DNA of 64,000 bases from an uncultured Gemmatimonadales bacterium (GTDB lineage: Bacteria > Gemmatimonadota > Gemmatimonadetes > Gemmatimonadales > GWC2-71-9): assembly GCA_963821525.1 (NCBI GenBank), contig CAWGED010000005.1:672001-736000 (forward strand), in the 5' to 3' direction. The position numbers and the translations under genes were made by a program. Positions 63,767 to 64,000 of this stretch are shown here, piece by piece. Below the pieces are notes generated by a model. The model did not search any database and was not told where the DNA came from. It saw nothing but the letters and a program-made list of their open reading frames with translations. The stretch's first letter is position 1. Each line of letters opens with the position of its first letter.

Positions 63767-64000
63767 TTACCAATCCCGACCGCCGGTCGGACCGCTCTGC
63801 GCAGGGCGCCCTTCGTGGCTCGCAAGTTGTTCCCGCTCAATGGTTTCCAGAAGGCGGCGGGCCCGCTCCGAGTCCAGCTCCGGAGCCGATTCGCCCTCGC
63901 CCTCTCCCTGGCCGCCACCGGCCATCGCTCCGACCGCCGATTCCCGGGCTCCCTCGTAGCCTTCCTCGCGCATCTGTCCCCGGCCCGCCATGCCGCGGCC
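63767..64000 (-). CDS. 3' end of a BatB/BatC-like (VWA/TPR) protein
   Basis: Low-complexity linker, then ARRLLETIEREQ...RDW* terminus. Confidence 0.55.
   Translation of the reverse strand, partial: GRGMAGRGQMREEGYEGARESAVGAMAGGGQGEGEGESAPELDSERARRLLETIEREQLASHEGRPAQSGPTGGRDW

Overview
A GC-rich bacterial chromosome segment. Gene content and order suggest Gemmatimonadota, but this is inferred and not checked by any search. Many conserved genes (comM, marC, the RND pump, thpR, ntrX-like, aldehyde dehydrogenase, rplI and others) contain single-base frameshifts, which points to an unpolished long-read or MAG consensus rather than mass pseudogenisation. Most of the window is housekeeping: sua5, arfB, larE, a sigma-70 factor, yajQ, rpmE-prfA-prmC-tmk-ctpA, lolA-aroF-smc, rsfS, a DAK2-DegV fusion and rpsF-rpsR-rplI. 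There is also an RND efflux locus whose TolC carries an N-terminal binding-protein-like domain, two sigma-54 activators, and a cyclic-nucleotide signalling cluster. Four signals stand out. (1) The methionine operon (metY, aspartate kinase, beta-carbonic anhydrase, metX) has a compound leader: sigma-70 promoter, SAM-II-like riboswitch, an unannotated Met/Cys-rich leader peptide (MSARSPMCCRIMCMCPP...), then an intrinsic terminator. (2) The beta-CA in that operon resembles clade D (COS-hydrolase-like) enzymes, suggesting carbonyl sulfide could feed methionine synthesis. (3) Six inverted arrays of short tandem repeats (7-9 bp units, a different unit at each site) share one architecture, and two lie inside coding sequence. 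(4) A small sigma-54 regulon can be read from sequence: two -24/-12 promoters, each with upstream GACA-N3-TGTC palindromes. Two apparent large internal deletions (in the RND adaptor and between mlaE and mlaD) may be assembly artefacts.
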